From Candidatus Krumholzibacteriota bacterium (GTDB lineage Bacteria > Krumholzibacteriota > Krumholzibacteriia > JAJRXK01), in assembly GCA_963764625.1 (NCBI GenBank), contig CAVXTH010000009.1:864001-928000 (forward strand): DNA of 64,000 nucleotides, read 5' to 3'. Under the pieces are notes generated by a model. It had not been told where the DNA came from. It searched no databases and saw only the letters and a list, made by a program, of their open reading frames with translations. Position numbers and translations under genes: made by a program. Each line of letters begins with the position of its first letter. The stretch's first letter is position 1. This document shows positions 23,364 through 34,160 of this stretch, in pieces.

Positions 23364-25206
23364 AAACGCGAATCCAAACCATGCTTTCCCTTTTTCTGAC
23401 GCTGATCATTTGGGCGCGCTATGCCCTCGACTTCGGTCGCCACCATGGTCACTCCAACCACCGTTCTCTCGCTCCAGAATGAACCCAAGGCCGGCGATTC
23501 CTCGGCCGACGAGGTCCGCTACGCTTCGCGCGAACTGAGGGTGAGGGTGTGGCACGACAAGGACGACGACGCGGTCTACGCCCGCGGCGAAGCCCTTCAG
23601 TTGTACTTTCGTACCAACGACGACGCGTACGTGGTGCTCTACTACATCGACGCCGACGGTTACACGGAGATCCTCTGGCCGCAGAGTCGCTTTGACGACG
23701 GATTCGTGTTTGGCGGACACACCTACTCCATTCCGGGACGTTCCGCCGATCAGGGGCTGTGGGTTTCGCAGTCCAAGGGCGTGGAGTACGTGGAAGCGAT
23801 TGCCAGCCAGTATCCTTTCGATCTGCGCGAGCTGGCGATCGACTTCCGCTACGGGCCGGACGAAACCGGCGAGTACGCGCACCGGGTGTCGGGGGATCCG
23901 TTCCTGGCGGTGAACGACATCAACTACGCGATCACCGGCCTCGACGAAGACGTGGACTGGCTGGTCACGGACTGGACACACATCTACGTCGACCAGAAGG
24001 TGGATTACCCGCGCTACACCTGCACGCAGTGCCACGCGGGGAACGATCCAAAGTATGCTCCCTACACCAGCACCTGCACTCAGGTGAACATCTACGCCGA
24101 CTGGGGTTGGTACTCGCACTGGTACGCGAGCTTCGGGTACTACCCGCTGTACTGCGACGCGCCCTACTACTACTGGGACCGTTTCCTGTACCGGCCCTAC
24201 TACTACAGCTACTACCCGATCTATTACTCCTGGCCCGGCTGGAACTGCTACGTGCGGTCCTATCCGGTGTACGCCTGGAGAACCCACCCACGGTATCGGG
24301 GGGACTACGTGACGCTCTACCAGAGGGGCGTGGTCAAGGATCGCCCGCTCTACGATCCGCGCGTGCGCGAACCCTCGTCGGTGCGCGGCCGGGATCCGAG
24401 CCGGATCCCTCCCAGCATCGCGCGCCGTGGGCCCGAGGACTCACAGCGTCCTAGGCGGGTGGACCGCGATCAACTGACACGGAACGAGATGCCGGTGCGG
24501 CAGCCACGAGACCGTACGCTGACTCCCTCCTCGGGGGGAAGCGGACGCGAGCGCGCCGGAGTGCGGCCCTCGCGCGCAAGGCCGACGAGGACCGTGCGCA
24601 GCCTGGATCCGAACGGTTCCACCAGCGAACGCTCCCACCGTCCGCGATCGAAATGCCGGTAGTGACTCAGGCGCCGCGAGCACGAGTCACGGGCGCCGCT
24701 GGACGCGGCCGGTCGTGCGCAACGCTCCGGCCAATCGCGTATCTCCAGCACCGAGGCAGAGCGAGGGGTCCAGGGCGCGACCGCGCAAGGGTAGCAGCGG
24801 CAGTGTGCGCAAGCCCGATTCACCGCGGCAGGGAGAGCGGCAGAAAGTCTCTCCTCCGCCTCGCCAGTCACAGCCGCGAAAGAGCCAGGCCGCGCCAAGG
24901 CTGAAATCCCGTGATACGAAGCAACGCTCGGGCGGCCGAGATTCCAAAGGCGCGCCACACGCGTCTTCGGTCAGGGCCCCGCGTTCGGGCGGTTCGCCGA
25001 GCCAAGGAACTCAGGTGCGACGGAGTCCGTCCGGCGCTTCATCGAGGCAAGGGTACTCCGCAGCCTCGAGGAGTCCGTCGCAGGGCGCCTCGAGGGCGCG
25101 CGTCACTCCGTCGCGAACTCCCTCGGCTCCGCGCCCGTCCGGCGGCGCGCGTTCGGGTGGATCACGGGGATCCAGTGGCAACGGACGCAGGGGAGGTCGC
25201 GGATAG
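23360..25206 (+). CDS. Secreted DUF4384-like protein with CxxCH motif, Tyr/Trp-rich segment and long R/S/P/G-rich tail (frameshifts near 23415 and 24550-24720)
   Basis: Signal peptide MKTRIQTMLSLFLTLII; VYARGEALQLYFRTNDDAYVVLYYIDADG; CTQCH; Tyr-rich block; the low-complexity tail continues in ORF 24715..25206 (end uncertain). Confidence 0.7.
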
Positions 25207-25434
25207 CAACTCGCGATTGATTTGAGTGAGGGATTCCCACTCGGCCTGAATGGCGCGAGCGGGCCGCGAGTTCCTTCCCATCGATGGTTGGCAGCCGAAT
25301 GTGGGAGGGGGGAATCAGCGGACTTTGGGGGCCCTCTTGGGAGAGGGGCAAAAGGCCAAATTTGTCGATCAGGGGCGACGATGCAGGACCGGACGCTCCT
25401 CTCCCGCGACTTGGGGTGGTGGATGTGGTGAGAA

Positions 25435-25470
25435 GGGGCGGCGGTTGACCCTGCCGCCGTCTCCTTTTTA
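25435..25470 (+). terminator. Intrinsic terminator closing the sigma54 promoter-2 operon
   Basis: GGGGCGGCGGT-TGACCCT-GCCGCCGTCTCC-TTTTT. Confidence 0.65.
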
Positions 25471-25511
25471 TACTCCCGGCTCCAATTCTCTCTGACCAGG
25501 AACGAGCACGC

Positions 25512-28500
25512 ATGACCTTCAGCCGCGGGTCTTGGGCCGCTCTGGCGCTCCTCACCCTCCTCCAGCTTCCGCTCTCTCCCGAGGTGGCGGCAAGCACCGA
25601 AACCAGGCCGTGGTTTCAATCCTCATCCCCGGCTTCCGCGATAGCCACGCGTCAGCTTCTCGCACGGGCCTCTCGCCCCATGCGCTTCAGCGGCGCCAAG
25701 CTGAGTCAGATCGACGCCTTCCAGTCGCACAAAGCGCCCGCCCTACTACGCATGCTCGTAGTGGGGTGCGACTTCTCCGACAGTCTGCTCTGGGGGCGTG
25801 ACCGCTCGCAGTTCGTCGGTTGGCCGGCTCCCGCCCGCCAGGGAAACTTCCTGTTCAACGACGAAGGAAAGGCGATCACCGACGCACAGGGGAATCCCAT
25901 CTACGAATTCGCCGCGCACGATTCCACCTACTTCGACCTCCAGATGCGCAAGACGGCGGACTACTTCACGACCGTCTCGCAAGGGACGTTCGACTTGCAG
26001 TGGCAGGCCCTGTCGACGCTGGTGAACCTGCCCGAGCCGATGGGTTACTACGGCGCCGACCAGGACAACAACGATCGGTTGGTGGAGATGGCCAAGGCGG
26101 TCGTGGAGGCGGTCGATTCCGAAGTGGATTTCAGCAGCTTCGACACCCTCGTACTCGTCCACGCCGGGGCGGGACGCGAGACGGATATCAACAACGACAG
26201 CCCCCAACAGCTCTTCTCGAACTATCTCGACCGTCGTGATTTCGAACAGGCCATGGCGGACACCGTATTGTCCGAGCCGGGAATCCCCACTCAAGACGGC
26301 GTGTTGATCCGCCACGTTCTCATTCTGCCTGAGTCGGAAACCCAGGACCCGGTCGTCTCCCTGGGTCTCAACGGTTTCTTCGGGATGCGTGGGGTCTATT
26401 GCTTCGAGGTGGGTCTGCGACTGGGGATGCTCAGCCTGGCCGATTTCACTCCCTCGGGCCGTCCCGACAGCCAGGGCATCGGGAACTACGGCCTGATGGG
26501 GTATGGGCTGTTCACCGGCTTGGGGATCGTGCCGGCCGAGCCGTGCGCCATGAATCGCATGCTCATGGGTTGGGTGGATGCGGTCGAGATCGACTCGGAC
26601 AGCGCGCGTCGAATTGCCTCCCATCGAAACCGGAGTGGGCGACACGCTTCTGGTCAAGGTGCCCATCACCGACCGCGAGTATTTCCTCCTCGAGTATCGC
26701 CTGCAGGATCCCGACGGGAGCTTCACCTTCACTTTCGACGACCTCAACGGAAATCGGGTGCCCGATTTCTACGACGCGGACAGCGACAGTCGATCGGAAT
26801 TTTCTCAATGGACAGCCGAGCTCGACCTTCGATCCCGCCACCGACACCTGGGAGAGCACCCAGGGGGCGGAGTGGGATTTCTTCATGAGCGAGTTTCCGG
26901 TGGAGGACTCGGATGGTCCGGGTAGGGGACCGGGGCGGGGCAACGGACTCTACGTGTGGCACATCGACGAGCGGGTCATTCTGGAATCGTCTACTCGCCG
27001 GCACGAACGACATCAACTCCGATCCCCATCGGAAGGGAGTCGATCTCGAAGAGGCGGATGGAGTCCAGGATCTCGACACTCTCAAGGCCTCTCGCTTTCT
27101 CTTGGGATGGGATCGCGACTGTTTTCGTGGGGAGGGAGTGCTGATCGGAGATGAGCTCTTCGGCACTCGCTTCGCGGACGACACGCTTCCCAACGCCCTG
27201 AGCGCCGACGGCGCCTCGATCGGGTTCTCCATCAGCGAAATCGACAGCGTGCAGTTGGGGGTCGAAGGCTGCGCCGTGGGACCTGACTGTCCTTTGGGCG
27301 GACGCTTTACCTGTACCGCGATCGCCTGGGCTTCACTCTCGGCTTCGCCCGGCCCTGCACGCTCCGGGGGTAACCCTCGCCGCGGCACAAAAGCTCGACG
27401 CGGACGGACCTCGCTACGAGGTGCGTCTGGCCGACCTCGACGGAGACGGGCGGCCCGAGATCCTGCTCGCCGGCGATCAGGGTGCGCTGCTCGCCTTCCA
27501 CGGCGATCTCACTCCCTGGCAGGCCGGGGCCGATCCTCAAAACCCTACGTGCTCGCGCGCGCCATGGGGCAAGACGGCCCCCCGCAGTGGCTGGGGGCCC
27601 CCGTGATCGGAGACCTGGATGGCAATGGCACTCCGGAGATCTTTCTCAGTGCGCGCGACGGGGTCTACGCGTTCGATCCCCAGGGGAATGAACTGCGGGA
27701 TGGCGACGCGAATCCCTCGACTCTCGGTCTGTTCTTGCTCCCGCCCGCACTCGACGCCGAGCCCACCGAGCTCTCCCACCCCTGCCTTCTCGCTCCTCAC
27801 GACGGTGACCTCGCGGTCTTCTCCCCGGTCGCGCGTGCGGACCTGGTCGTGATCGCGCGCGGCAAGCAGGAGGGGGCCAAGGTGGGCGCGAGTCTGGTGG
27901 AATGGGACGGCGTGAGCCAGCCCACCGTGCTCACCTCCTCGGACCGCTCGGACGGGACGGCACGCCGTGGCGTCCTGAGCCAAGGATCCACCGGGGCACT
28001 CTATCTGTCGGTGGGTGGGGGGATCCCGCAGAACTTCTCGGGGCGGATCCTGCTGCGCCCCCCCGCAAAAGCGGCCAAGGCAGCGTTCACTCCTCCGCCC
28101 CCGCCGATCGTGGAGACGCCTTCGGTGCTCTTGAGCATTCGTCTCCGCGGCGACGGGATCTACGATCTGGTGATGGTCGACACCCTGGGAGTCCCCCGAG
28201 TGCCGCTGGCGACGCACGGAAGCTCACTTCCCTCTCCCTGGTCGGCTCTGGTGGGAGGGCCGGAGCGGCAGAACGGCGCTCCTGTCCTGGCGCTGGCGGC
28301 GGGGGATGCGCTCTGGCTCCTGGACCGGAATCTCTCACAAAGGTCCGACGGCCCCTACCGGCCATCCTATTCCACCGCGCAACTGCAGGGCGGAGTTCCC
28401 GCCGCTCCTCTCCTGGTGGATCTCGATGGCGACGGGACGGTGGAGGCGATCTGGCACGATCGGGTCGGGCGGGTGCACGCGGTCGACCTGAACTCCCGGA

Positions 28501-29069
28501 GTCTGCCCGGATGGCCGTGGCAGGGTCCCGGCGAACCCTCGGGGTCGCCCGCGGTGGGCGATGTGAACGGCGATGGCAGCCTCGAGCTCGTTCTGGCGTC
28601 CGGATTCGACGCTCTTTTGGGGACGGACGCGGATGAGCGACTTCCGCTCACTCGGCGCATCGGTGAGCTGCGGGTGTATGCACTCCAGATTCCGAGCACG
28701 CGTTTCGCTCCCTGGACTCAGGGAGGCGCCAACGCCTGGGGCACGGGCCATCAGGCTCTCGCTTCGAGCGCCAGCGCGGCCGTCTCCGGCGGCGAGGCGT
28801 TCAGCAACGGGGATCTCTTCGTCTATCCCAATCCAGTAGATGGTCCTAAGGTCCATCTGCGCGTCCGGCTGAGTCGTACGGCCCTGGTGAGTTCGAGCAT
28901 TTTCGATCTCCAGGGACAGGTCGTCCGGCAGACCGGAATCATCCGCGGCGAAGGACCCGGCCAGTTGGAGTTCGAGTTTTCAGTGACCGGTCTCGCGGCC
29001 GGTCTGTATGTGGCCAAAGTGGAAACGGAGGGCAGCGTGGCCCTCAAGCCCTTTGCTCTCGTGCGATGA
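25512..29069 (+). CDS. Secreted M6/immune-inhibitor-A-like protein with degenerate Zn motif, FG-GAP repeats and T9SS/FlgD-like C-terminal domain (multiple frameshifts)
   Basis: LVLVHAGAG, GIGNYGLMGYG, EYFLLEYR, GLYVWHIDE, GVDLEEADG, GDLDGNGTPEI/DLDGDG/GDVNGDG repeats, YPNPV...GLAAGLYVAKV. Confidence 0.75.
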
Positions 29070-29161
29070 GCTGGTGGACTTTGCCAAGGTCCGCGCGAGA
29101 GCTGTATACTCAATGCTCGAATCCGTGCCGCGCAATCGGCCTGAACGGTTGGGAGAGCTTC

Positions 29162-30094
29162 ATGCGCAATTCCTCGTGTATCGCCCTCGCGGCGCTTTTC
29201 ATTTTCCTGGCGAGCGTGCCTCCCTCGTGGGCAGGGAATCCAGGAGATGCCGGCTTTCTGTCCTTGAGGATGGGAATCGGCGCGCGCAACGGCGCGATGG
29301 GCGACGTTGGGGTGGCCGAATCGACCGGCGCCACCGCGATGTACTACAACCCGGCCAATCTCGTGTACACCTCAGGTACGGACGTCACTCTCCAGCACGT
29401 CGAGCACTTCAGCCTCTTTCGCCAGGAGGCGGCCGCGATCAGCCACCGGCTGCCCCGGGGCGCCGTAGGGCTCATCTTCAGCGGCTTTTACGTAAATGAT
29501 GCCATCCCCTTGACCACTCTGGATCGCATCGGGGTTTCCCAGGGCGATTTCCAACCCTACCAGCTCGCGGTGGGTCTGGGTTACGCCTACCAGTTCCACG
29601 ATTTCTCGCTGGGATTGGTGGGAAAGTTCCTCTACGAGCGCATCGAGTCCTACGGCGCGGCGGGCCTGGCGCTCGACTTCGGGATCAGCCATCGCAGCAA
29701 GATTCCAGGTCTCACCCTGGCCGCCGCGGTCGCCAATCTCGGCGGCCAGATGACGGTGAAAGAGGAGCCCTACGATCTTCCGTTCACCACGCGTCTGGGG
29801 GCCAGCTATACCCCCCACACCGAAGGGAAGGGACTCGCCCAGAACCTCACCCTGGCCACTGACCTGGTCCTGCCCAACGACGGAAACGGGCGGCTCCACG
29901 TGGGAGGAGAACTCCGCCTCCATTCCAGTTTCGCGGTGCGGGCCGGATATCGCTTCAACTACGATACCTACGGGCTCACCGCCGGCTTGGGCTTTCACAC
30001 GGGGAATTTGACGGTGGACTACGCGTTCATGGACAACGGAAACGAGCTCTCGGACGACCACCGCATCTCGCTGTCCTTCGCGTTCTTGCCGTAG
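29162..30094 (+). CDS. PorV/PorQ-family outer-membrane beta-barrel (T9SS shuttle-like)
   Basis: FLSLRMGIGARNGAMG, AMYYNPANL, alternating beta strands, C-terminal HRISLSFAF. Confidence 0.85.
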   Translation: MRNSSCIALAALFIFLASVPPSWAGNPGDAGFLSLRMGIGARNGAMGDVGVAESTGATAMYYNPANLVYTSGTDVTLQHVEHFSLFRQEAAAISHRLPRGAVGLIFSGFYVNDAIPLTTLDRIGVSQGDFQPYQLAVGLGYAYQFHDFSLGLVGKFLYERIESYGAAGLALDFGISHRSKIPGLTLAAAVANLGGQMTVKEEPYDLPFTTRLGASYTPHTEGKGLAQNLTLATDLVLPNDGNGRLHVGGELRLHSSFAVRAGYRFNYDTYGLTAGLGFHTGNLTVDYAFMDNGNELSDDHRISLSFAFLP

Positions 30095-30108
30095 GCAAAG
30101 CGCTTGGC

Positions 30109-30852
30109 TCAGGCGCTTCTCCCCTCTGATCCCGTGACGGGCAGAACCTCCAGGCGTCCTTCGCGCAGACGTCCGTAGGTGAAGTGCTGCACCCAGTCTC
30201 CCAGACAGACCAGACGCCACGAATCGAAGGGCGTGTTGCACGGGTGGTGGATGTGGCCGATCACCAGGTAGTCGACGTCCGAATGATCGTGGCGTCGCCC
30301 GTAGCTTTGGATCGCCTCGTCGAGCTGGGCGCCGTAGTTGCGCCCCTTCTTTCGTGAGGCATCGGAAATCCGGCTGGCCAGCCAATTCAGGATTTCCGGA
30401 TGAAGGGACTTGGCCAAGAACACCAGGACAGGGTTGCGCACCGCAGCGCGGAAGCCGCGGTAGAAGACGTCACCGGTGAGGATGCCGTCTCCGTGATCGA
30501 GCCGCAGGCGGCGCCCCTGTCGTTCGATCACCGTAGCATTGGGGAGCGAAGGGATGCCGAGCTCGTCGCGCAGGAACTCCGCGCACCAGATGTCGTGGTT
30601 TCCGCCCACGAAGGAGATCCGGACGCCCCGGTCCTGGAGCTTGCGGAGCCCGTAGAGAATCTCCAGGTGCGTCTTGGGCATGAAGGTGGGATAGTCCAGC
30701 CAGAAATCGAAAATGTCTCCCAGGAGAATCAGCTCGCACTCATCCTCTAGCCCTTGCAGCCAGAGGAGGAAGCGCTGGATCCGCTCCTGTTCCCTCTCCC
30801 GGGTGAGAGCGCCGAAGTGCGTATCACTGGCGAAATAGACGGTTTCTGTCAT
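30109..30852 (-). CDS. lpxH: UDP-2,3-diacylglucosamine diphosphatase
   Basis: FASDTHFG, LLGDIFDFW, GNHD, DHGD, GHIHHP, LGDW. Confidence 0.85.
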   Translation of the reverse strand: MTETVYFASDTHFGALTREREQERIQRFLLWLQGLEDECELILLGDIFDFWLDYPTFMPKTHLEILYGLRKLQDRGVRISFVGGNHDIWCAEFLRDELGIPSLPNATVIERQGRRLRLDHGDGILTGDVFYRGFRAAVRNPVLVFLAKSLHPEILNWLASRISDASRKKGRNYGAQLDEAIQSYGRRHDHSDVDYLVIGHIHHPCNTPFDSWRLVCLGDWVQHFTYGRLREGRLEVLPVTGSEGRSA

Positions 30853-30955
30853 TATGAGATTCCTGGCTCGCGCCGAACGGCCGATTCCCTCACGCGCGGC
30901 GTGAACGCAGGGTAGACGAAGGCCCGGTGGCGGGCAACCGCGAGCGGGAAGGAGA

Positions 30956-31369
30956 TTGCCGATGAATTCGTGGGACGACGTCAAACAGAACATGGGGAAT
31001 TGGTTCCAGGGGGCGGCGCAGGGAACCGATCGACTGGCACGCCTCGGAATGCGGGCCTACGACCGGCATGGGATCGCGCGAGACCTCGAGCGGGACTACG
31101 CCCGTCTGGGACGGGTGGTTCACCGCCTCATGAGCGAGGACGAGAACGCGGTGCTCAGAGCTGACGCCACGGTACGGGCGGAAATGGGCCGGATCGCGCG
31201 CCACCGAGAGGAGCTGCACCAGGCCGAGCAGGAGATGGACGAGCTGCGCCGCGCCAAGTCGAAAGCCGCGGATGCCGAAGAGAGCGCCGGCGAGGCTGCT
31301 CCCGAAGAGGCGGCGACAGAGCCCACCCAGGCGTCCACCGAGAATTCAGGTGCCGAGCGTCCGGATTGA
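30956..31369 (+). CDS. Hypothetical coiled-coil protein
   Basis: GAAGGAG RBS; helical coiled coil with acidic tail. Confidence 0.65.
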   Translation: MPMNSWDDVKQNMGNWFQGAAQGTDRLARLGMRAYDRHGIARDLERDYARLGRVVHRLMSEDENAVLRADATVRAEMGRIARHREELHQAEQEMDELRRAKSKAADAEESAGEAAPEEAATEPTQASTENSGAERPD

Positions 31370-31529
31370 CCGCTGACGCCTAAGCTGCTATTGTGAATGC
31401 AGAACGGGCTTGCCAGGAGTGTTCCCACCCTCCTCCGTTCCGCGACTGGACGATCGATCCGAGCTGCTTTTGCCCCCGGGCTTGGGATCAGGCCGAGGAT
31501 CAGGGTTTGCAGTAGGATGGTCGTGTTCG

Positions 31530-33092
31530 ATGCAATCTGAAGGCACGAGGAAGCAGCATACTTCCACCTCTCCGCCCTCGCGGCGGACCGGGGTGGTGCG
31601 TCGGGCTGGACTGCTCTGTTGTAGTCTGGTGGTGGCCTCGAGTTCCCTGCTCTTTTTGGCCCGTGCCGCTTCGAGCGCCGAAGGACCCGACTCCGGGCGC
31701 GAAGAACTCCACTCTCCTTTCGTCAAGGTCGCCGAACTGGTGACTCCAGCCGTGGTCGCGATTCGGACCGTCCATAGTTCGAGCGGGGACAGTGGCCTCC
31801 GCGAGATGTTCCGCGAGTTCTTTCCCAAAGGTCGCGACTTCCATCACCCCGATTTCGACGTACCCGGCGCGGGCTCGGGCTTCGTCGTCTCGGCGGATGG
31901 CTACATCGTCACCAATAATCACGTCGTCGCGAACGCCGATAACATCCACGTCAAATTGGCCGGGGTGAGCGAACCCCTGAGGGCTACCGTGGTCGGAACC
32001 GACCCCGCCACCGATCTGGCGGTGATCAAGGTCGAGGTGGATCACGAACTCAAGTTCTTGCGTTTCGGGGACAGTGAGGGAATTCGCGTGGGCGACTGGG
32101 CCATCGCCATCGGCAATCCCCTGGGTGAGTTGGAAGGGAGCCTGACGGTAGGGGTCATCAGCGCCAAGGGCCGCGCCAACCTGGCGATCCAGGGCGCGGA
32201 TCTCCTACGCTACCAGAACTTCCTGCAGACCGACGCTGCCATCAATCCGGGGAATAGTGGCGGACCCTTGGTGGATATCCGCGGCGACGTCATCGGCGTG
32301 AACACCGCCATCAATCGGGCCGGACAGGGGATCGGCTTCGCGATCCCCGCGCGTTTGACGAGCTATGTTTACAACCAGATCCGCAACTTCGGGCGCGTGC
32401 GGCGTGGATATCTGGGAATCACCATGGCGGAAATCGACAACATGCGTGAGCAGGGACACCAGATCCCGGTGGATCAAGGAGTGGTAATCACTGCCGTCTT
32501 GCCCAATACCCCGAGCGCGCGGGCCGGGCTGAAGACCGGAGATATTCTCACCGAGTTCAACGGAGAAGCGGTGGAGCACATTCCCACGCTGCGATTCAAG
32601 GTGGCCGAATCCGAAGTGGGTTCCACCGCTCACCTGCGCGTGATCCGGGATGGCAAGCCACTCAACTTCGATGTGGTTCTGGACGAATACGACGAAACGG
32701 CTGCGCTCGCGGCGGCGGGGGAGAACTCGCAGGAGGCACAGCCCTGGCTCGGATTCTCGGCGGCTCCTCTGAACAGTCCCGACCCGCAGGTCCAGAGCCT
32801 CAAGGACGAGTTCGGGCTGGAAGGCGAGGATAAAATCGTGGTGGTGCGGGTGTGGGCCGACAGTCCCGCCGACAGGGCCAGATTGCGCCCCGGTGATCTG
32901 ATCGTCGAGTTCGACGGGGTTTCCCTGGAAGGAAATCTCGATTCCTACGCCGTCTTTCAAACCCAATTGCAGATCCGCCAGCAAGCCCAGGATGAGAGCC
33001 CCATTCGACTTCTGGTTCGCCGTGGCGACATGAACAGTTACATCGAGCTCGACCCGAAGCCCTCGAAGGAGGAGACTGAGGATCGACCCTGA
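31530..33092 (+). CDS. DegP/HtrA (Do-family) serine protease with two PDZ domains
   Basis: GSGFVV, TNNHVV, TDLAVIK, QTDAAINPGNSGGPL, PDZ domains. Confidence 0.95.
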   Translation: MQSEGTRKQHTSTSPPSRRTGVVRRAGLLCCSLVVASSSLLFLARAASSAEGPDSGREELHSPFVKVAELVTPAVVAIRTVHSSSGDSGLREMFREFFPKGRDFHHPDFDVPGAGSGFVVSADGYIVTNNHVVANADNIHVKLAGVSEPLRATVVGTDPATDLAVIKVEVDHELKFLRFGDSEGIRVGDWAIAIGNPLGELEGSLTVGVISAKGRANLAIQGADLLRYQNFLQTDAAINPGNSGGPLVDIRGDVIGVNTAINRAGQGIGFAIPARLTSYVYNQIRNFGRVRRGYLGITMAEIDNMREQGHQIPVDQGVVITAVLPNTPSARAGLKTGDILTEFNGEAVEHIPTLRFKVAESEVGSTAHLRVIRDGKPLNFDVVLDEYDETAALAAAGENSQEAQPWLGFSAAPLNSPDPQVQSLKDEFGLEGEDKIVVVRVWADSPADRARLRPGDLIVEFDGVSLEGNLDSYAVFQTQLQIRQQAQDESPIRLLVRRGDMNSYIELDPKPSKEETEDRP

Positions 33093-33240
33093 AGGAAGAT
33101 GCTTGCGGCGCTCCATCTCGCCGGAAGGAGCGCTGCGGTGAGGGCGGGCTTGCCACCGCCTGTTTTGGAGAAGGGGAGGTGAACTCAACCGATCAGCGAG
33201 CCGGTCGCTGGTATCCGTACCCCAGGTCAGGAACCTTGTC

Positions 33241-34107
33241 ATGATCCGCCATCACGCACGAGGTGGAGGAAGGAACGAACGAAGTCTCGAACAATACCTG
33301 CGCGAGATCGGACGCTATCCGCTTCTCGCTCGAGAGGACGAGATCCGTCTCGCTCGCAGGATTCACCAGGGTGACGAGGAGGCCGTGCACGAGATGGTGC
33401 GCGCCAACCTCCGCTTCGTCGTCACCGTGGCCAAGCAGTACATGAATCAGGGACTCTCGCTGCAGGACCTGATCAACGAGGGCAACCTCGGTCTGATGAA
33501 AGCGGCGCATCGTTTCGACGAGAAGCGCGGCTTCAAATTCATTTCCTACGCCGTGTGGTGGATTCGACAGTCCATCCTCCAGGCGCTATCCGATCAATCC
33601 CGAGTTGTCCGGTTGCCCCAGAATCGCACCGCGGTTCTGCACCGCGTGACCAAGGCGCAAGCCGTCTCCAGCAGGTTCTGGGTAGAGATCCCCGACCCGA
33701 CGAGATCGCGGACGATTGCGGGTACAGTGAACCCGAGGTGCGCGAGGCGCTCTGCGTGGGCCAATCGGAGGCATATCTCGACGATCTACTCTCCGACGAG
33801 GACGGCCGTAGCTACGTCGAGACCCTGGCCGACCGACCCTGAGAGGGGGGCGGAGATTCCGCTCTTGGAGCGGAGCCGCCGCGACGACATCGCGAAGGCC
33901 CTGGAAGTACTCCCCGCGCGCGAGGCGGAGATTCTCCTGCTCTACTACGGAATGGGAGAGGTACGCTCATTGACCTTAGAGGAAATCGGCCAGCGCATGA
34001 GCCTCACCCGCGAGCGAATTCGCCAGCTCAAGGAGCGGGCCCTGCGACGTCTCCGCGAGGCCGACCAGGGGCTCGAAGTGCTGCGAATGCACTACGACGA
34101 GGGCTGA
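33241..34107 (+). CDS. Sigma70-family factor lacking region 1.1 (compensating frameshifts at about 33660-33840)
   Basis: SLEQYLREIG, ANLRFVVTVAKQY, DLINEGNLGL, FISYAVWWIRQSILQAL, TLEEIG...LTRERIRQ. Confidence 0.92.
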   Translation: MIRHHARGGGRNERSLEQYLREIGRYPLLAREDEIRLARRIHQGDEEAVHEMVRANLRFVVTVAKQYMNQGLSLQDLINEGNLGLMKAAHRFDEKRGFKFISYAVWWIRQSILQALSDQSRVVRLPQNRTAVLHRVTKAQAVSSRFWVEIPDPTRSRTIAGTVNPRCARRSAWANRRHISTIYSPTRTAVATSRPWPTDPERGAEIPLLERSRRDDIAKALEVLPAREAEILLLYYGMGEVRSLTLEEIGQRMSLTRERIRQLKERALRRLREADQGLEVLRMHYDEG

Positions 34108-34160
34108 GCAGGGGCGGATTGGGACCTCGGGCCCCCGACGAAGCCCGAGACTCCCTATCT

